DNA of 41,886 nt from a virus. Its lineage: Duplodnaviria > Caudoviricetes. Location: IMG/VR virus record IMGVR_UViG_3300046380_000005, positions 1 to 41,886 of that record, one strand, 5' to 3'. This document shows positions 9,346 to 18,424 of this stretch, piece after piece. Below the pieces are notes generated by a model. The model was given only the letters and a program-made list of their open reading frames with translations, was not told the origin of the DNA and ran no database searches. Numbering within the stretch: the first letter of the stretch is position 1; the number at the start of each line of letters is the position of its first letter. The position numbers and the translations under genes are program-made.

Positions 9346-9712
9346 GGGCCAATTCCTTCTGGATAGTCAGTTGATAGGGTCGATACCCTCGCGTGTGCAG
9401 AATCTTGCCCCAGGCTTCGCGTGAGGCGATGGTGGCGACGATTGCGCCCTTCAACCGGCCCCATTCCTCGGCCAGCTCGATCAGTTTCAGTATCTCGCGC
9501 ATGTCACCGGCCGCGCACAGCCCGTGCACTTCCTTAGCCCCGGCCGGATAGCGCTTGAGCTCAACCACAATGCAGGCGTCTTCGTTGCCCATCGCCACCG
9601 CAGCGCCGCTCGCAACGCCCTGATCTAACCACTCAATCGAATAGAACCGTGGATCGAGTAATTCAGCGAAGGCGTTACGAAACTTGCCGTAAGCCTCTAA
9701 GCCCCGCACCAT
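9335..9712 (-). CDS. GNAT/acetyltransferase-like virion assembly protein (P22 gp14-like position)
   Basis: LCAAGDM...AEEWGRLKGA...SREAWGKIL...GYRP pattern. Start at ATG 9712 by TGATG coupling. Confidence 0.55.
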   Translation of the reverse strand: MVRGLEAYGKFRNAFAELLDPRFYSIEWLDQGVASGAAVAMGNEDACIVVELKRYPAGAKEVHGLCAAGDMREILKLIELAEEWGRLKGAIVATIASREAWGKILHTRGYRPYQLTIQKELAHGS

Positions 9713-9927
9713 CAGAACAGATTCTGCCATGCGGTCCCGTCGAACGTGCGGGCCTTGTGTGTCGTTAGATCGTAGTACGTCTGACCCTCGGTCGGGCTGG
9801 CCGGAGCAGCGGCTAACTGCACGAACGGGTGCGAGCGTAACTTGATCAGCCGATTGACCGCATTGGCTGTCTTGCGCGGCCAATCCATTGCAGCGCCGTC
9901 AACCGGGATGATCGGAACATCAGCCAC
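9712..9927 (-). CDS. Small tail protein
   Basis: PASPTEGQTYYD...FDGTAW fibre-type motif; overlaps neighbours at both ends. Confidence 0.55.
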   Translation of the reverse strand: MADVPIIPVDGAAMDWPRKTANAVNRLIKLRSHPFVQLAAAPASPTEGQTYYDLTTHKARTFDGTAWQNLF

Positions 9928-11371
9928 GAAGACCGGCCCCCTCGACCTCTAGTTCGACGCCTTGGATGTAGCTCCACGGTGTTCCCGCAGCGATTGCCGT
10001 CGAAACGCCAAGGAAACGCCCCTTGCAGCGCACCGGGACGCGTCCGGAGGGTTGGATTGCCCCCGACACGGAAACGCTCTGTGCGTCGCCCAAACGCTGC
10101 CTTGCGTCGATGTTTACCGTTACTCCGCTTGTGGCATCGGAGATCGGCCACACGCCGCGAACCCGCGAGACCTGTTCTCCCGCCACTTCGGTCTGTCCGA
10201 GCGTCAGTGTTGCGGCAAGGTTCGGTCCTGAAAGAGCGCCGATGCTGTTGTCCGGCCCAACGAAATACAAACGAGGATCGCCGCCTTGAAAGCGTGGATC
10301 GTCGAGCGAGTAGCCCATCGTGTCGATGTTGGTATAAAGCGCCGAGACTTGCTCGAGCGTCAGCGAGGACGTGTATCCAGCGAAGAACCCGCCGTGCGAC
10401 AGGCTTATCGTCGAGGCTTTATCGAGAACCCAATTGTAAACCCAGACACGCCCCGGCGACCCAGCCTTACCCCAAAATACCAGCGAACGCTTCGGATCAA
10501 CCGCAGACCATATCTGATCATATTCATCGGGAGAGACGCTGTCCTTGAACGACTGGTCGAACTTCTCGTTGCCAATCGGTCGGATTGTACTCCCATCGTC
10601 AATCGCGATAAAGCCCCGGTCACTGAGGAAGAAAATCGTCCGGCCAGCCTGGGCGATGCTTCCGGCCGACGCACAACCGAAGTTGGTCGTTATCTCGGGG
10701 AAGTTGAACGGCGCTGTTGCATCGCCTGACCGCTCCATCCGTACCAGCCGGAAGCGCTGCAGGATGATGCCGTATTCGCCGCCCGCAATCCCCTTGATCT
10801 CGCCGCCCGTGAGCATCGGCTGGAAACCCGACTGGTTAACCGCAGCGGTCCAGCCGGTGTAATCACCGAATGCCGACCATTGCACCATCGCGTTATTGCC
10901 ACCGGCCTGCGTGATGACGACAAAGTCACCAATTACCGCGATTCCCGTCCCCGTGGGAGCACCTGACAGCGCACCGGCGGTTGAGGCGGCCAGATCGACG
11001 ACTTGAGTAACGCCGCCATTGACCGTGACGACGTGGTTGCCGAACTGCGCGAACCTCCACCGGCCTGTGATCGTCAGCCCCGTTAGGAGGCTCGTCCACG
11101 CTCCCGCCGCGAGCTTCGACAGACCCGCTGCGGTCCCCGCCAACAGATAGGCCGTGCCGTCTTGCGCCATGACGCTGGCGCCGCCCTGAAACTTCGCCGG
11201 CAGAGCAGTCGTGATCGACACATAGGAGGGAACAGAGCGGTAGGACGTGGTGGGCATCGCCCCGTATTGTTGCGCTCCCGACGACGCAGGATAGACGTTC
11301 TCGGCGACGGTCAGGACATTACGGGGAAGTTGATCCGGGAGGAATGCCGGGAAGTGGATGACCTGGCGCAC
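9920..11371 (-). CDS. Tail tube/head-closure beta-propeller protein (P22 gp10 / T7 gp12-like)
   Basis: 483 aa, beta-rich, FGCAS...IFFLSDRGF motif; follows the adaptor gene. Confidence 0.7.
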   Translation of the reverse strand: MRQVIHFPAFLPDQLPRNVLTVAENVYPASSGAQQYGAMPTTSYRSVPSYVSITTALPAKFQGGASVMAQDGTAYLLAGTAAGLSKLAAGAWTSLLTGLTITGRWRFAQFGNHVVTVNGGVTQVVDLAASTAGALSGAPTGTGIAVIGDFVVITQAGGNNAMVQWSAFGDYTGWTAAVNQSGFQPMLTGGEIKGIAGGEYGIILQRFRLVRMERSGDATAPFNFPEITTNFGCASAGSIAQAGRTIFFLSDRGFIAIDDGSTIRPIGNEKFDQSFKDSVSPDEYDQIWSAVDPKRSLVFWGKAGSPGRVWVYNWVLDKASTISLSHGGFFAGYTSSLTLEQVSALYTNIDTMGYSLDDPRFQGGDPRLYFVGPDNSIGALSGPNLAATLTLGQTEVAGEQVSRVRGVWPISDATSGVTVNIDARQRLGDAQSVSVSGAIQPSGRVPVRCKGRFLGVSTAIAAGTPWSYIQGVELEVEGAGLRG

Positions 11372-12025
11372 CTAGACGCGGACCCCGAACACTTGGGAAA
11401 TGCCTTGCGGGGTGAGCGGACCAGCGCCCCAGCGCGCCGAATTGGCCGACGTGGTGATTGCATCCAGAATGGTTTGCATCTCGGTCCCGGCCTGTTGCTG
11501 GCCGTCGCTGTCGCGCTCTCTTCGGGCGATGTGGTACAGCGCCGTTGCAAGGTAGGCGTCAGGATGCTTGATCAGTAGCCAGTTGATCGGCACCGCATCG
11601 GTAAGCTGCGGGATCGTGGCGTAGTACAGCATGTCGAGCGTGGCGTTGCCGACCGGACCAAAGCGCAGACGCTGCCCTTCGATGGCAAAGGCTGTCGGAC
11701 ATCCTGCGGCGCCACGGTAGCGCATGAACAGCGCCGCTGGACTAACGCTGTCGAGGTCAAAGCAGCCGTTGACGTTGCGGATTGCGCGCATCTCGAGGAA
11801 GTCAGCGGGGAGGGCGATGTATTCCGCCGTCACGTTGAGCGTGGCGACGTTTTCCATGTCAGGCGTGCGTAGTGTGCGGTTGAAATGCGCCTCAGCCTTG
11901 CGGATCGCTGAATCAATCGCTCCTTGCGAGTAATTGGCGTCATCGACCATGTCGCGAATTTCGGACACAAGATCGGCGTAGGAGGAAATAGATCCCGCTG
12001 CCGAAATGTCGATGGCGATCGACAT
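11372..12025 (-). CDS. Head-tail adaptor (P22 gp4 / T7 gp11-like)
   Basis: YADLVSEI...AEAHFNRTLR...LPADFLEMR...NWLLIKHPDAYL motifs typical of this family. Confidence 0.75.
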   Translation of the reverse strand: MSIAIDISAAGSISSYADLVSEIRDMVDDANYSQGAIDSAIRKAEAHFNRTLRTPDMENVATLNVTAEYIALPADFLEMRAIRNVNGCFDLDSVSPAALFMRYRGAAGCPTAFAIEGQRLRFGPVGNATLDMLYYATIPQLTDAVPINWLLIKHPDAYLATALYHIARRERDSDGQQQAGTEMQTILDAITTSANSARWGAGPLTPQGISQVFGVRV

Positions 12026-12026
12026 G

Positions 12027-12299
12027 TCAGTACAGCGCCACGATGTTGGTTGCGGTCGTGCCTGTCGCCATTACGTACATTGGGCGCAAGGGGCAGAATG
12101 CGCCGACTGGCAGCGCCGTGAACGTTACCGCCGCCGCATCATCCGTCCCCTTCAGGGTCACGTCCCCAGCGCCGCCGATGTAGAGCCCTTTGGGGCGGCC
12201 AAGAGCCAGCGCGACGGAATCGCTTTTGGTTACCGCGACGAAGTGCAGCGAGCCCGCTACTTCCTCGTCAACACCATCGTAAAAATATGCGTCTGCCAT
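12027..12299 (-). CDS. Head spike base protein (RcGTA Rcc01079-like)
   Basis: AVTKSD...LYIGGAGDV...VTF...PVG..PLRP..VMATGTTATNIVALY matches the remembered family pattern; 90 aa. Confidence 0.75.
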   Translation of the reverse strand: MADAYFYDGVDEEVAGSLHFVAVTKSDSVALALGRPKGLYIGGAGDVTLKGTDDAAAVTFTALPVGAFCPLRPMYVMATGTTATNIVALY

Positions 12300-12314
12300 T
12301 GCTAACCCCTTGAA

Positions 12315-12617
12315 TTACATCATGAAGTGATTGACGCGGAGGTATCGGTACTCGTTGCTGTTGAGCAGGCGCCGGACACCGTCCTTGTGGTCAGGGTTCC
12401 AGAATTCTATTCCGTACTTCGCGACCCATTCGTATTGGACACCGGGCGGGATCGAGGCGGCGAGGCGCAGCTCCTTGCCCATGCCAAGGCCTTCGATCTG
12501 CTTGTTACGCTCGATGACTTCGTGGTTGTCGGCAACCGTCTTGAGAATGAGATCGCCCGTTACCGCGTCAGTGCCGACGAACTGTTCGACACCGCCAGAT
12601 TTACCGAGCGAGCGCAT
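12315..12617 (-). CDS. Conserved phage head-region protein
   Basis: AASIP...W...LLNSNEYRYLR motif commonly seen after podophage capsid genes. Confidence 0.6.
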   Translation of the reverse strand: MRSLGKSGGVEQFVGTDAVTGDLILKTVADNHEVIERNKQIEGLGMGKELRLAASIPPGVQYEWVAKYGIEFWNPDHKDGVRRLLNSNEYRYLRVNHFMM

Positions 12618-12778
12618 CAGATGAACCGCTTCGCCTTGAGGTGAGCAGCGGTTTTCGGATCGACCTTGATCTTCGCGCCAACGGGTAGAAAGCCCATGCC
12701 TTCACCCTTGCCATCGGCGATCTTGTTGGCTTCCTGAACGGTCACTTCGACCAGTCCGGCGTCGTTCGTATCGGGCAT
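12617..12778 (-). CDS. Small hypothetical protein (53 aa)
   Basis: Manual translation MPDTNDAGLVEVTVQ...HLKAKRFI*; TGATG coupling to the next gene; below the ORF-track cutoff. Confidence 0.6.
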   Translation of the reverse strand: MPDTNDAGLVEVTVQEANKIADGKGEGMGFLPVGAKIKVDPKTAAHLKAKRFI

Positions 12779-12793
12779 GTGTTTTTCCCATGG

Positions 12794-12821
12794 AAAAGGG
12801 CGACCCCGTTAGGAGCCGCCC
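12794..12821 (-). terminator. Rho-independent terminator after the major capsid gene
   Basis: Minus strand GGGCGGCTCC-TAAC-GGGGTCGCCC-TTTT. Confidence 0.75.
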
Positions 12822-12844
12822 CGTTCGTTTCAGTGGTTGAGAGG

Positions 12845-13810
12845 TTAAGCGGTGACGTCCGCAATCACGGCGTTGCCGGCTTCGTTCAGGCACTCGAGAA
12901 CGTACTCGCGCGTGATCATCTTCTTGTCAGAGTGACCAGTCTTGGCGAGGTCGTCCATCTTGTACGGCTGAAGGTCGGCCAGCTTCCACAGCGACTTGTC
13001 GAGCACGAGCACGTCACGGCCGGTCGTGAAGCGCGACGGAACAAAGGAGATGTCTCCAAAGTCCGAAACGTACACGTCAGCCGCACCGATGATCGTTGCG
13101 TGACCAGTGCCAGTGTCGTGGCGGATCTGCGCGATACCGGCAAACGTCGAGAACGTCTGCTTGATCAGGCCTGACATGAGCGCCATGTCCGGCGATCCAC
13201 CAGCCGTCCATGCAAGCTGCATGACCGACTTGAGCATTGCCTCCGTTACCGAACGCAAAGTGCCGTTGGTGGCGCCAGCGTTAGGATAGCCCGAGGTCGA
13301 ACCCGAGAGCGTGGGAGCCGCACCACCAGTGCCGCGTGAGGCGTTGGAGATGAGGAACGTGCACGCACCAGCCGTTTCACCGGGCGTTCCCGATGCGCCA
13401 GGAACAGCGGGAAGGTTGGAGGTCAGGCGCATTTCAATATCGCGCTTTAGCTCCTTGGACTTCTTCGCCATCTGGTAGGCAAGCTCGTCGGCATAACCGG
13501 CGTTGTTGACCGCACGCGAGGTGTCCGAAACGCTGACAACCTTGTCGCTCAACTGGGTATAGTTGTTGCGACGAGTAGTGGCCGGTGCGGTATCGATCGT
13601 CGCGTCGTCGCCTTCAATCGTGGTATTGGAGGCGTTGGCTGCGGCGAGCGTGTCGGTCTGCCATTCATGCAACCGCTGGGCCGCCTTCGCGCCCCCGATG
13701 TTGCTCATGAACGGCGTTTCGATTGGCGCGATGTTCGAGATCACGCCGGACAGGTCTTCGCGGATGCCTACCCGCGAGAAGGTTTGGACGGTATTAGTTG
13801 GTACTGCCAT
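12845..13810 (-). CDS. Major capsid protein (DUF5309/SU10-type HK97 fold)
   Basis: REDLSGVISNIAPIETPF, HEWQTDTL, NYTQ...ELAYQ..KK.KELKRDIE and DVYVSDFG motifs; follows scaffold and precedes a terminator. Confidence 0.9.
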   Translation of the reverse strand: MAVPTNTVQTFSRVGIREDLSGVISNIAPIETPFMSNIGGAKAAQRLHEWQTDTLAAANASNTTIEGDDATIDTAPATTRRNNYTQLSDKVVSVSDTSRAVNNAGYADELAYQMAKKSKELKRDIEMRLTSNLPAVPGASGTPGETAGACTFLISNASRGTGGAAPTLSGSTSGYPNAGATNGTLRSVTEAMLKSVMQLAWTAGGSPDMALMSGLIKQTFSTFAGIAQIRHDTGTGHATIIGAADVYVSDFGDISFVPSRFTTGRDVLVLDKSLWKLADLQPYKMDDLAKTGHSDKKMITREYVLECLNEAGNAVIADVTA

Positions 13811-13822
13811 GGGGAAAAGACC

Positions 13823-14821
13823 CTAGATAAAATGCTTGAAGGCAGCGGCTGCGTCGTCGATTGAGCCCGACGATTTGAGCCGCTGGGTTGCGTCGCCGAA
13901 GGCCTTGTTCGGCGCGCTGCCTACTGGCTGGGCTGCGCCGGGTCGCATGGTCTTCGAGCTTGATGGTTTGCCTTCACGAACGCGCTGCATCTGGCGGCTC
14001 ATCGCGGCGTCATACTTGTCCGCTTTGGTCTTCCAGTCGTGCACCTGCCGAAGCTTTTGCCACTCGTCTGCCGTGGCTCGATTGAGCGCTGGCGTATCGA
14101 GGTTGAGCGCCTTTGCGGCCTCGACGGCTTTCCCGAAGAACTCTGAGCGAGTGGCTTCGTTCTGCACTTCGGGGATGGCGTAGAGTGCTCTGTCGCGTGA
14201 CTCGATGAACGTCTTGTCAAGCTGGGTGTCGGCTTCGGTGTCGAGCGCCATGACCTGCTGCGCAAACGTGTTGAGCTGGGCTAGATCGGCGTCGTATTGC
14301 GCTTTCTCGGCGATGTATCGGCCAGGATCGGCGATAGCCAGTTGAGGCGATGGCGCGGCAGGGGCTAACCCTTGCACAAACGACATCAACTGTGTGGCGT
14401 AAACCTTCTTGGCTTGGGCGTCGGCCGTTGCTGCGCGCTCGTCGGCGAGGCGCTGGGCTTCGGCTGCCTTGGTTGTCGCAGTTTGAACCTGCGTATTGCG
14501 GCGGGTTTCACTAGCGGCCCATGCGCGCTGGGCTTCCTCGGGAAGCTGCGCGAATAGGGCCTTTTCCTCCGCGTTGAGGCTGGCAGGCGCGTCGATGGCC
14601 GTTTCCGGTTCGCCGCTCTTGCCGTCCTCCTCCTCGGGCGCGTCGAGTTCAATCTCAGGGTCATCCCCCTCGACCACTGCCGGCGCTTGAGTCTCTTTGT
14701 CTTCTTCTTCGCGTGCCTCGCCTTCGTCGGCTGGCATCATGCTACGAAATGCCGCCGCCGCGCTGTCTACATCGTGGACAGGCGCAACAACAGCTTCCGT
14801 GCTTTCGCTCGGATGGGCCAT
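13823..14821 (-). CDS. Capsid scaffolding protein
   Basis: Acidic N-terminus, helical Ala/Gln/Glu-rich body and C-terminal RLKSSGSIDDAAAAF; immediately upstream of the capsid gene. Confidence 0.75.
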   Translation of the reverse strand: MAHPSESTEAVVAPVHDVDSAAAAFRSMMPADEGEAREEEDKETQAPAVVEGDDPEIELDAPEEEDGKSGEPETAIDAPASLNAEEKALFAQLPEEAQRAWAASETRRNTQVQTATTKAAEAQRLADERAATADAQAKKVYATQLMSFVQGLAPAAPSPQLAIADPGRYIAEKAQYDADLAQLNTFAQQVMALDTEADTQLDKTFIESRDRALYAIPEVQNEATRSEFFGKAVEAAKALNLDTPALNRATADEWQKLRQVHDWKTKADKYDAAMSRQMQRVREGKPSSSKTMRPGAAQPVGSAPNKAFGDATQRLKSSGSIDDAAAAFKHFI

Positions 14822-14858
14822 GTTATGCTCCTAGTGATTGCCCACGATGGGGCGGCAT

Positions 14859-15197
14859 TCACCGCCTTGTGGCGGCAACTCTCTCAGCGTGCTCGGCGTT
14901 CGATCGGGCAATCTTGCCGGTCTCGATCACCTGAATAACTTCGCCCTCGATCTGGCGCACGATGCGGTCAGCCATGCCAAGTGCCATCAGCGCGTCGGTA
15001 TCGCCGAGCTTCAACTGTCCGACCTTCTCGAAATAGCTGCGACGGATATTCCCGAGCATGTCGGCAAGCCCGTCTTTCTCGCGGTAGAAGTCTTCCCATC
15101 GACCGCCGCGCATGATCGCGTCCGCGCCGTTGTCGATGCGCTGATATTCGCGGCGAACGTAGCCGAAATAGGCGGCGATGCGGTCTCTAAGCGTCAT
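14859..15197 (-). CDS. Hypothetical protein between portal and scaffold
   Basis: 112 aa helical ORF; ATGA overlap with the portal stop. Confidence 0.65.
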   Translation of the reverse strand: MTLRDRIAAYFGYVRREYQRIDNGADAIMRGGRWEDFYREKDGLADMLGNIRRSYFEKVGQLKLGDTDALMALGMADRIVRQIEGEVIQVIETGKIARSNAEHAERVAATRR

Positions 15198-18100
15198 GGC
15201 TCGATCGACTTGCCGTCGCGGTATTTATTGATCTTGGTGTGGACCTCGGCCTTCTTGTCGATCCCATATGTGTCGACCTTGGCCTGAGTGTTGATGCCAT
15301 ACAGCGCAATGTTGGCTTCGGTGGTTGCTTTCTCATGCGCCAGTTGCAGTTCGAGAGCCGCCTTCGTGCGCTGATGATCCAGTTCAAGGGCGTATTTCTC
15401 CTGCGTTGCCGCGAGGTGCTGCGCGTGAGATTGCGCATCGAGTTGCATCTTGGCTTGGTTCGCTTGCTCTTGCTGGGCGATCTGTTGCTGCGCGAGTTGC
15501 GTCTTCTGCGCCAATTGCTGTTGACCAAGCGAGGCCTGCATCTGCGCCTTGACGATCGCCGGATCGGGCTGTTGCGGCTGCTGTGCTGCCTGTTGTGCGG
15601 CTTGCTGGCCCTCGGGCGAGTTGGGATCGACCCAGAAGTCATCGCCCGTGCCGATGTTCATGTCCCGAACAAGGCCGTCGATCATGTTGAAGACCTTTTG
15701 CGGATTGGTGAGCTTCTGCATCAGCCCTTCCGATAGGATCGGCACCATCTGCATCCGGTAGTTGATGCGCTTGTCCTTCGACCCCGTCCCCAGTCCAACG
15801 CGAATGGTGACGTTGACCTCATCGGGCCATGTCGACGGATCGACCTGCTTGTATTGCCCGTCGACCTTGATCTTGAACGGCTGGCCTTCCGCTTTCATCA
15901 TGCGGTATTTCTTGGAGAACATGCGCGCGAGCGATTCAGTCAGGTTGCGAGCGACGAACTCCTCTTGCAGTTCGCCCTTGGCCTGCATCATTGCCGTGCC
16001 CGTGGCAGTGTTGTGCGTTACCGTGAATCGCTTGCCGACGCAGAAAAGCCCGTCTTCGGCGTCCACGGTGAGACAGCGCATCATGACCGGCGCGGTAGGA
16101 TAAGCGGCCTCAACAATCTGCGTTGTCAAATTCCGGTTGGTACGATGCCAGCGATTTGCCTTGTGCCCGATCTTGAATGGGCAGTCTGCCAGCGTGAAGA
16201 ATACTTGCGCGTGCTCGCCACTATGCGCGAACCTGCCCTTTGCACTAAGAATCTTGATCTTGGGCCAGCCGCCAAGGCTCTCGATCAGGCGAACAACATC
16301 ATCCAACAGACGCCCGGTCTTCTGGCAGAAGATGGCAAGCGAGTTGGAATGCAGGCATCCGTCAGTGTCCATCAGGCCCTGCAGCAATTTCATACGCTGG
16401 TCGTAAGATGCTGCGAAATACGCTTCAGGAATGTGTTTGCCGATGATGTCTGCGTCTTTTGCCGCATCTCCGCGCAGCAGCATCTTCATGTTGCGCAGGA
16501 CTGGATAAAGCCCCCCGACGTAGTAGCTCTTTGCGTTGCCGCTGTTTTGGTGCTTGTCCTCTTTGAGCTCACCGCGCCCGATGCACCATGCCGCCATGGT
16601 CGAAACTATGTGATCGTCTTCTGTCGTAATGCGAGGGGCATGGCGCGAACCGTCGCCCAGCCAAATGCCGAGCATGTATGGGTCTAGGGGCAATTCAATT
16701 TCAGCACCGGTCTGCGGGCGTACAACGCGCGGAATATAAACCCGAGGGTGATGCTTGAGCATCTCCGCGAGCGTGTCTGTGTCTACGGTCTGCGTCTTGC
16801 TGTAGCGCCTGTCGTTATCGGTCTGAACGGTCCAAAGGTGTTCGCCGCCCGCGCGGACGACTTCACCAGATGCAAACTTTAGGTCATAAGCACGGACAGG
16901 AAAATGTGCTGTGTGCGCGCGCTCTACCTTGACCGCACGCCCATCGCTACCGACGATAATGTCGCCATCAACAACGTCGCCAAGGCGCTTGTAGCTTCCG
17001 TCAGCGAATGGAACAGGCGTCTCGACGCACAGCATCTTGTTGAGCGCGTCCGCGTCGAGGCCCTGATTCAGGCGGGTGATGCCTGTCCGGCTCTCCCGCT
17101 CGCCAGTGACCCACTCAAGCACTTGCAGCGAGTTACCAACGTCGAACGTGGTCGCGTATGGCTGGACGCTTGCCGCACCGCCCTTGGCCCGGATCGGTGC
17201 GCCGGGAACGGGGTTGAGCAAGTCGTCAATCGTGTGCGCGTCTTTGGCAACCTCCGTATCGACAATCGGGCGCGGCATGTTCGCGTTGTACATGCCGTCA
17301 AATAGCTGTCTGGCGACCGTGGAGCGTGCAACCTGCAAGTCCATGACCTTTTCCGCCAGACTGTACCCGACGAGCCTGTGGGGCCTTGGATACGGCGTGA
17401 AGACCGTAAACGGCTGGTCCTCGACTTCCTCGATCGATTCCTCGCCGGTCTGCGCGTCGATCAGGATCGAGTTTTCAACCCGGAATGTCTTGATCCGTTC
17501 GGCAATGCCATCGTTGTTGCGATCGATCCGCGTGTATTCTTCGCACAACAGCACCTTTTCCAAGGCTGGTGTCGACTTGGCATCGGTCCACGGATCATTG
17601 CGCGCCGAATTGCCCGCGTTGATCAGCGGGAAGCTATAAGCGGGTAGCGAATAGACCTGATCGCGGTCGAACCCCATCTCGACCAGTTCGGAGCGCGTCT
17701 TTGGCGCGACGTGCGCGATGTAGTCGGCTTCGTCTTCGTGACGGGCGAGTGGGGAGAAGCGGAACTCTTCCCCCGGAACCGGCATGTCGAGGAACACATG
17801 GCCCGACTTGGCAATCGTCAGCGTCGCAGCGTGTGGCTCTTCGCCATATTGCGAGGGGTTGCCGTCAGGGCCGTGCAGCTGGATGTTCTCGAGGTCGCCC
17901 TCCATCCCGTCCAATTGAACGAGGTCAGTAACCTTGTGGCGTGAACGTGTGGTCTTCACCTGACAGACCGACTTGATGATACCGATCTTCTCGATCAATC
18001 CATCGGTCACGAAGTCGATCAGGATGCCGTAGCCGTCCTGTTGACGCAGAAAGTTGAACCCGATGGCTGCGGTTGCTTCCTCCGCTGCGTCTTCTTCCTC

Positions 18101-18424
18101 CTGGTCGGTTGCTTCGAACTCGACCACGCGGTCAGACGAGACGATCGTGCGAATGACGCTCGGCGCCATGTAATCGACGGCTTCCTGCACATCGGGGAGA
18201 ACGATCTGCGAGCGTCCGTCGACCTCGTTGCCGAAACCTTGCGCGTTGTAGTAGCGCCACGCCATCTCGCGATCGATGCGCAGCCAGTCGTTGTAGCTGT
18301 CAGCGGCCTCGAACTCACGACGTAGCGCCGCAACCAGCTCCTCGTTGGTGATCGGTTGGAGCTCTACCGCATCCTCTTCCTGCGGGTCAGGTTGTGGCGT
18401 GTACGGATCGACGGGGTTTTGCAC
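15194..18424 (-). CDS. Portal protein (P22-like) interrupted by an intein
   Basis: GNEVDGRSQIV, DGLIEKIGIIK, ERESRTGITRLNQGLDADALNK|TATG, VRVGLGTG and a Gln-rich coiled C-terminus; 734 aa after removing a 342-aa insertion. Confidence 0.9.
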   Translation of the reverse strand: MQNPVDPYTPQPDPQEEDAVELQPITNEELVAALRREFEAADSYNDWLRIDREMAWRYYNAQGFGNEVDGRSQIVLPDVQEAVDYMAPSVIRTIVSSDRVVEFEATDQEEEDAAEEATAAIGFNFLRQQDGYGILIDFVTDGLIEKIGIIKSVCQVKTTRSRHKVTDLVQLDGMEGDLENIQLHGPDGNPSQYGEEPHAATLTIAKSGHVFLDMPVPGEEFRFSPLARHEDEADYIAHVAPKTRSELVEMGFDRDQVYSLPAYSFPLINAGNSARNDPWTDAKSTPALEKVLLCEEYTRIDRNNDGIAERIKTFRVENSILIDAQTGEESIEEVEDQPFTVFTPYPRPHRLVGYSLAEKVMDLQVARSTVARQLFDGMYNANMPRPIVDTEVAKDAHTIDDLLNPVPGAPIRAKGGAASVQPYATTFDVGNSLQVLEWVTGERESRTGITRLNQGLDADALNKMLCVETPVPFADGSYKRLGDVVDGDIIVGSDGRAVKVERAHTAHFPVRAYDLKFASGEVVRAGGEHLWTVQTDNDRRYSKTQTVDTDTLAEMLKHHPRVYIPRVVRPQTGAEIELPLDPYMLGIWLGDGSRHAPRITTEDDHIVSTMAAWCIGRGELKEDKHQNSGNAKSYYVGGLYPVLRNMKMLLRGDAAKDADIIGKHIPEAYFAASYDQRMKLLQGLMDTDGCLHSNSLAIFCQKTGRLLDDVVRLIESLGGWPKIKILSAKGRFAHSGEHAQVFFTLADCPFKIGHKANRWHRTNRNLTTQIVEAAYPTAPVMMRCLTVDAEDGLFCVGKRFTVTHNTATGTAMMQAKGELQEEFVARNLTESLARMFSKKYRMMKAEGQPFKIKVDGQYKQVDPSTWPDEVNVTIRVGLGTGSKDKRINYRMQMVPILSEGLMQKLTNPQKVFNMIDGLVRDMNIGTGDDFWVDPNSPEGQQAAQQAAQQPQQPDPAIVKAQMQASLGQQQLAQKTQLAQQQIAQQEQANQAKMQLDAQSHAQHLAATQEKYALELDHQRTKAALELQLAHEKATTEANIALYGINTQAKVDTYGIDKKAEVHTKINKYRDGKSIEP
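16010..17035 (-). mobile_element. Class-3 intein with LAGLIDADG homing endonuclease (342 aa)
   Basis: Block A MLCVETPVPFADG, block B RAGGEHLW, endonuclease motifs YMLGIWLGDG and LLQGLMDTDG, block F MRCLTV, block G VTHN followed by Thr+1. Confidence 0.9.
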
